Assembly (NCBI GenBank): GCA_963812085.1
Contig: CAWETL010000003.1
Coordinates: forward strand, 346,642-410,641
Reading direction: 5' to 3'
Origin: an uncultured Gemmatimonadales bacterium
Lineage (GTDB): Bacteria > Gemmatimonadota > Gemmatimonadetes > Gemmatimonadales > GWC2-71-9
Length of the DNA stretch: 64,000 nt
The position numbers and the translations under genes are program-made. Of the stretch, positions 60,448-64,000 are shown piece by piece; position 1 is the first letter of the stretch, and each line of letters starts with the position of its first letter. The notes beneath the pieces were generated by a model that had not been told where the DNA came from, made no database searches, and saw only the letters and a program-made list of their open reading frames with translations.

Positions 60448-60785
60448 TCGTCGTCCTCCCCGTCGCCCTTGTCGACGGTGGCGGGCACCGGCTGGGCGCC
60501 CTCGCTGACCACGACGAGGAACCGCAGCACACCGGCCTCGAGCTTTACCGCGCGCTCGAACTCCGGCAGTGCGTCGGGCGAGGTCTCCAGCTTGGCGATG
60601 ACGTAGTAGCCGGTTTCGTGCTTGTTGATCGGGTAGGCCAGGGTGCGCTTGCCCCAGTGTGCCAACTGCGGGGCCTCGGCGCCCGGACGCGCGAGCAGCG
60701 CGTGGAAGCGTTCGAGACGCTCATTGATCGCGGCCTCTTCGAGGGCAGAATCGAAGATATAGACCGCTTCATACTGACGGGTCAT
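60444..60785 (-). CDS. rpsF: 30S ribosomal protein S6
   Basis: R.YE..YI; WGKR.LAYPI.K...GYY; VLRFLVV. Confidence 0.97.
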   Translation of the reverse strand: MTRQYEAVYIFDSALEEAAINERLERFHALLARPGAEAPQLAHWGKRTLAYPINKHETGYYVIAKLETSPDALPEFERAVKLEAGVLRFLVVVSEGAQPVPATVDKGDGEDDE

Positions 60786-60847
60786 GACACCTTCCTTTGG
60801 ACTGTTGCCCCGGCCCTAGGTGTGGAGCCGAGGAGGAGATATGTGAG
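60786..60847 (-). promoter_or_regulatory. Putative S6:S18 autoregulatory leader RNA
   Basis: TATACT -10 at 60854-60859; leader CUCCU-CCUCGGCUC...GGGCCGGGG...GUCCAAAGGAAGGUG-AUG with stem, CCG motif and anti-SD potential. Confidence 0.5.
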
Positions 60848-60921
60848 CGGGAAAGTATAGCCGTGACGCGGACTTAAGTCAAAGGGACGCCTTCCGCGGA
60901 CGGCCGCGGCGAGTCCGGAGT

Positions 60922-60946
60922 GAACTCGTTATCTTGAAACGCCTTG
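60922..60946. promoter_or_regulatory. 25-bp dyad motif, copy 3
   Basis: GAA CTCG TT ATCTTGA AA CGCC TTG. Confidence 0.45.
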
Positions 60947-60998
60947 CGACCCTCCGGCACCGGAGGATCATCCCCACACCGTCACCCCGTGGAGCCCC

Positions 60999-61658
60999 AT
61001 GCACCTCGCTTCGATCCAGGTCGGTACACCGCGGTCCTACGGCGCCGAGGGCGCGGAGGATTCCCTCGACCGCCCATGGACCAGCGCGATCGCGAAGCAA
61101 CGAGTGTCCGGGGCTGTCTGGGCCGGGCGGCTGGGCATCGCCGGCGACATGCAGGCCGATCGCCAGGTGCACGGCGGGGTGGACAAGGCGGTGCTCGCGT
61201 ACGCCGCAGCGCACTACGCGCCGTGGCGGGAGCTCCTCGGCCGGGCGGATGTGGGGCCGGGCTGGTTCGGCGAGAATCTCACCATCGACGGCCTCGACGA
61301 AACCACCGTCTGTGTCGGCGACCGTTTCGCGATCGGCCAGGCGCACTTCGAGGTGAGCCAGCCGCGGCAGCCGTGCGCCACGCTCAGCCGCCGGTTCCAC
61401 CGGAAGGACATGGTCAAGCTGGTGCTGGAGCACCATCGCTACGGCTGGTACCTGCGGGTGCTGACCGAGGGGTGGGTGGAGGCGGGGATGCCGGTCACGC
61501 TGCTCGACCGGCCGTGCCCGCAGTGGCCGGTGCGCCTGGCGGCCCAGGTGATGGTGGAGCGGGCGGTTCGGCGGGAGGAGTGCGAGCGCCTGGCGGCCTG
61601 TCCGGCGTTGAGCGCGAGCTGGCGCGGCAGCCTGCTGGCCACCGCGCCCGCCCGATGA
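60999..61658 (+). CDS. MOSC-domain protein (YiiM-like)
   Basis: SAI.K; G..GD.QAD...HGG.DKAV; FGENLT; GD.F.IG; VSQPR.PC..L; GWY.RVL.EG. Confidence 0.92.
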   Translation: MHLASIQVGTPRSYGAEGAEDSLDRPWTSAIAKQRVSGAVWAGRLGIAGDMQADRQVHGGVDKAVLAYAAAHYAPWRELLGRADVGPGWFGENLTIDGLDETTVCVGDRFAIGQAHFEVSQPRQPCATLSRRFHRKDMVKLVLEHHRYGWYLRVLTEGWVEAGMPVTLLDRPCPQWPVRLAAQVMVERAVRREECERLAACPALSASWRGSLLATAPAR

Positions 61659-61661
61659 CCG

Positions 61662-62378
61662 TTACGAGTCGCGCCGGCCGAAGATGCGCAGGAGCGAAAT
61701 GAAGAGGTTGATGAAGTTGAGGTAGAGGCTGAGCGCGCCGACCACGGCGTGGGCGCCCGTCTCCCCTCCCTGCAGCTGGAGCGCCATGCTCCGCAGGCGC
61801 TGGGTGTCATAGGCGATCAGCCCCGAGAAGACCAGCACGCCGATGACGCCCATCACGAACTGCATCGCGTCGTTGTGCCAGAAGATGCTCACCACGCTGG
61901 CGATGACGAGTCCGATGAGCCCCATGAACATGAACCGGCCCATGCCGGTGAGGTCCCGCTTCGTCACGCTGCCGTAGACGGCCAGCGCGCCGAACGTCCC
62001 GGCGGCCACCACGAAGGCGTTGGCCACCGACGCGCCGGTGTACGCCAGCAGGATCAGCGAGAAGGTGACCCCGTTGAGCGCGGAATAGGCCAGGAACAGC
62101 GTGCCCGCCGTGGAGCTCGCCATCGTGGCCACCCTGGCGGACAGGTACACCACCAGTACCAGCTCGGCGATGATGATGCCGAAGAACAGGATCGGCGTGC
62201 GCACCAGGGTGCTGACGGCGGCCGGCGAGCTCGACACGACCAGGGCGACCACCGCGGTCACGCCGAGCCCAAGTGCCATCCACCAATAGACGCCGCGGAT
62301 GAACGCCGAGACCCGGGCCGCGTCCGCGTCGGACACGTACCCGGCGCGCTGCTGCGTGGCGCCGAAGGGGTTTGTCAT
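61662..62378 (-). CDS. Bax inhibitor-1/YccA-family membrane protein
   Basis: F...VY.WM..GL; TKRDL; F.GL.AYDTQ; GAL.LYL.FINLF. Confidence 0.92.
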   Translation of the reverse strand: MTNPFGATQQRAGYVSDADAARVSAFIRGVYWWMALGLGVTAVVALVVSSSPAAVSTLVRTPILFFGIIIAELVLVVYLSARVATMASSTAGTLFLAYSALNGVTFSLILLAYTGASVANAFVVAAGTFGALAVYGSVTKRDLTGMGRFMFMGLIGLVIASVVSIFWHNDAMQFVMGVIGVLVFSGLIAYDTQRLRSMALQLQGGETGAHAVVGALSLYLNFINLFISLLRIFGRRDS

Positions 62379-62392
62379 CTGAACGAATCCTC

Positions 62393-63490
62393 CTAGACGT
62401 TGAACCTGAACAACATGACGTCGCCGTCCTGGACGACGTACTCCTTGCCCTCGGCGCGCGCCAATCCCTGTTCCCGCGCCGCCTTCCACCCGCCCACCCG
62501 CACGAAATCGGCGTACGCCACCGTCTCCGCCCGGATGAACCCGTGCTCGAAGTCGGAGTGGATCACGCCAGCCGCCTGCGGCGCCCGGTCGCCCTTGTGG
62601 ATCGTCCAGGCGCGGACCTCCTTCTCCCCGGCCGTGAAGTAACTCTGCAGGCCGAGCAGGTGGTAGGCCGCGTGGGCCAGCCGGTCGAGCCCCGATTCGG
62701 TGAGGCCGAGCGACTCCAGGAACTCCGCCCGGTCGGCCGGGGCGAGTTCCGCCAGCTCGGCCTCGACCTGGGCCGAGAAGGTCACGACTTCGGCGGGTTC
62801 GCCGTCGCGCTCCAGCGCGGTGCGCAGCGCCGTGACGTGGGCGTTTCCGGCGGTGATCTCGTCCTCGCCGACGTTCGCCGCGTAGAGCACCGGCTTGGCG
62901 GTGAGGAGGTTGAAGCTCCGGAAGACGGCGGCTTCCTCAGCCGAGGGCGCCACGGAGCGCGCGGGCTGTCCGGCGGCGAGGGCGGCGCGGATCGACTCGA
63001 GGAGCCGCGCCTCCACCTTGGCCTGTGCGTCGCCGGACTTGGCGGTCCGGGCGGCCTTGTCGAGGCGCTTTTCCACCGAGGCCAGGTCGGACAGCCCGAG
63101 CTCGATGTTGATGATCTCCCGGTCGCGGACCGGATCCACCGAGCCCATCACGTGCTGGATGTCGTCGTTGTCGAAGCAGCGAACGACGTGCACCACCGCG
63201 TCGACTTCCCGGATGTTGGCGAGAAACTGGTTCCCGAGCCCCTCGCCCTGGCTGGCACCCTTGACGAGCCCGGCGATATCCAGGAACTCCACGGTGGCGG
63301 GGAGCACGCGTTCCGGCCGCACGAACGCCGCCATCGCCTCCAGCCGGGGATCCGGCACCTGGACCACGCCGGTGTTGGGCTCGATGGTGGCGAAGGGATA
63401 GTTCGCGACCAGCGCCCCGGCGGAGGTCAGGGCGTTGAACAGCGTGGACTTGCCGACGTTCGGGAGGCCGACGATACCGAGTCTGAGCAC
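62393..63490 (-). CDS. ychF: Redox-regulated ATPase YchF
   Basis: GIVGLPNVGKSTLFNALT; ANYPFATIEPN; DIAGLV.GAS.GEGLGN.FL; AAG.IHSDFE.GFIRAE. Confidence 0.97.
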   Translation of the reverse strand: MLRLGIVGLPNVGKSTLFNALTSAGALVANYPFATIEPNTGVVQVPDPRLEAMAAFVRPERVLPATVEFLDIAGLVKGASQGEGLGNQFLANIREVDAVVHVVRCFDNDDIQHVMGSVDPVRDREIINIELGLSDLASVEKRLDKAARTAKSGDAQAKVEARLLESIRAALAAGQPARSVAPSAEEAAVFRSFNLLTAKPVLYAANVGEDEITAGNAHVTALRTALERDGEPAEVVTFSAQVEAELAELAPADRAEFLESLGLTESGLDRLAHAAYHLLGLQSYFTAGEKEVRAWTIHKGDRAPQAAGVIHSDFEHGFIRAETVAYADFVRVGGWKAAREQGLARAEGKEYVVQDGDVMLFRFNV

Positions 63491-63601
63491 ACGGAATAAT
63501 CGCCAGAACGGGGCACCAATGGAAGCCGGGCGCTGGCGCCGTACGGCACGCCGTGGATACAATTGGGAGGCAGGTGCTCCCCAAACGCAAGGCGAGTCCT
63601 C

Positions 63602-64000
63602 ATGATTTCATCCACTGGCGTTCCCGGCGGCTCCAAGGCGACGGGCGTTCCCGAGGCGCGCGAGCAGGCCGTCATCCGGTTTGCCGGCGATTCCGGCGAC
63701 GGCATGCAGATCACCGGCAACCGGTTCACGGCGGAAACCGCGCTGGCCGGCAACGATCTCGCCACCTTTCCCGATTTTCCCGCCGAGATCCGCGCCCCGG
63801 TCGGCACCACGTTCGGCGTGTCGGCATTCCAGATCCATTTCGGGTCGGTCGAAGTGGCCACGGCCGGCGACGACCTCGACGTCCTGATCGCCATGAACCC
63901 GGCCGCGCTCATCACGAACGTCATGGACCTTCGGGTCGGCGGGACCCTCATCGTGGACAAGGGGGCGTTCACCGAACGCAACCTCCTCAAGGCCGGCTAT
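63602..64000 (+). CDS. korA: 2-oxoacid:acceptor oxidoreductase alpha subunit (5' part)
   Basis: Manual translation: VIRFAGDSGDGMQITG.RF...GND.ATFPDFPAEIRAP.GT..GVS.FQI.F; TACAAT at 63558. Confidence 0.9.
   Translation, partial: MISSTGVPGGSKATGVPEAREQAVIRFAGDSGDGMQITGNRFTAETALAGNDLATFPDFPAEIRAPVGTTFGVSAFQIHFGSVEVATAGDDLDVLIAMNPAALITNVMDLRVGGTLIVDKGAFTERNLLKAGY

Overview
Very GC-rich, gene-dense bacterial chromosome segment with about 57 CDS. Gene content (ADOP/PadR cassette, tandem MacB-type permeases, WD40/metallo-Omp85, bshB1, DAK2-DegV fusion, TolC/LolA/TonB receptor) suggests a diderm, most likely Gemmatimonadota; this is an inference. Most of it is housekeeping: translation (rpmE-prfA-prmC, rpsF-rpsR-rplI, rsfS, arfB, ychF), smc, tmk, aroF, lolA, ctpA, a sigma-70 factor and an NtrY/NtrX-like pair. 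I saw no rRNA, tRNA, CRISPR or transposase. Best leads: (1) a leaderless His/Met/Cys-rich uORF ending PFATAPP, followed by hairpins, a His-plug TonB-dependent receptor and a lipoprotein, resembling a variant of CruR/CutF (DUF2946, RAPP-type) metal-sensing ribosome-arrest systems; (2) a 13-bp palindrome acting as a candidate bidirectional leaderless promoter, within widespread leaderless gene architecture; (3) a Crp / metallo-beta-lactamase-fold hydrolase / CsgG-like module with a CRP box on the crp stop codon; (4) a 25-bp AA-N4-TT-N7-AA-N4-TT dyad in three intergenic regions; (5) a TolC-MacA-ATPase pump with four permeases behind an ECF-like promoter. Two indel sites suggest assembly errors.
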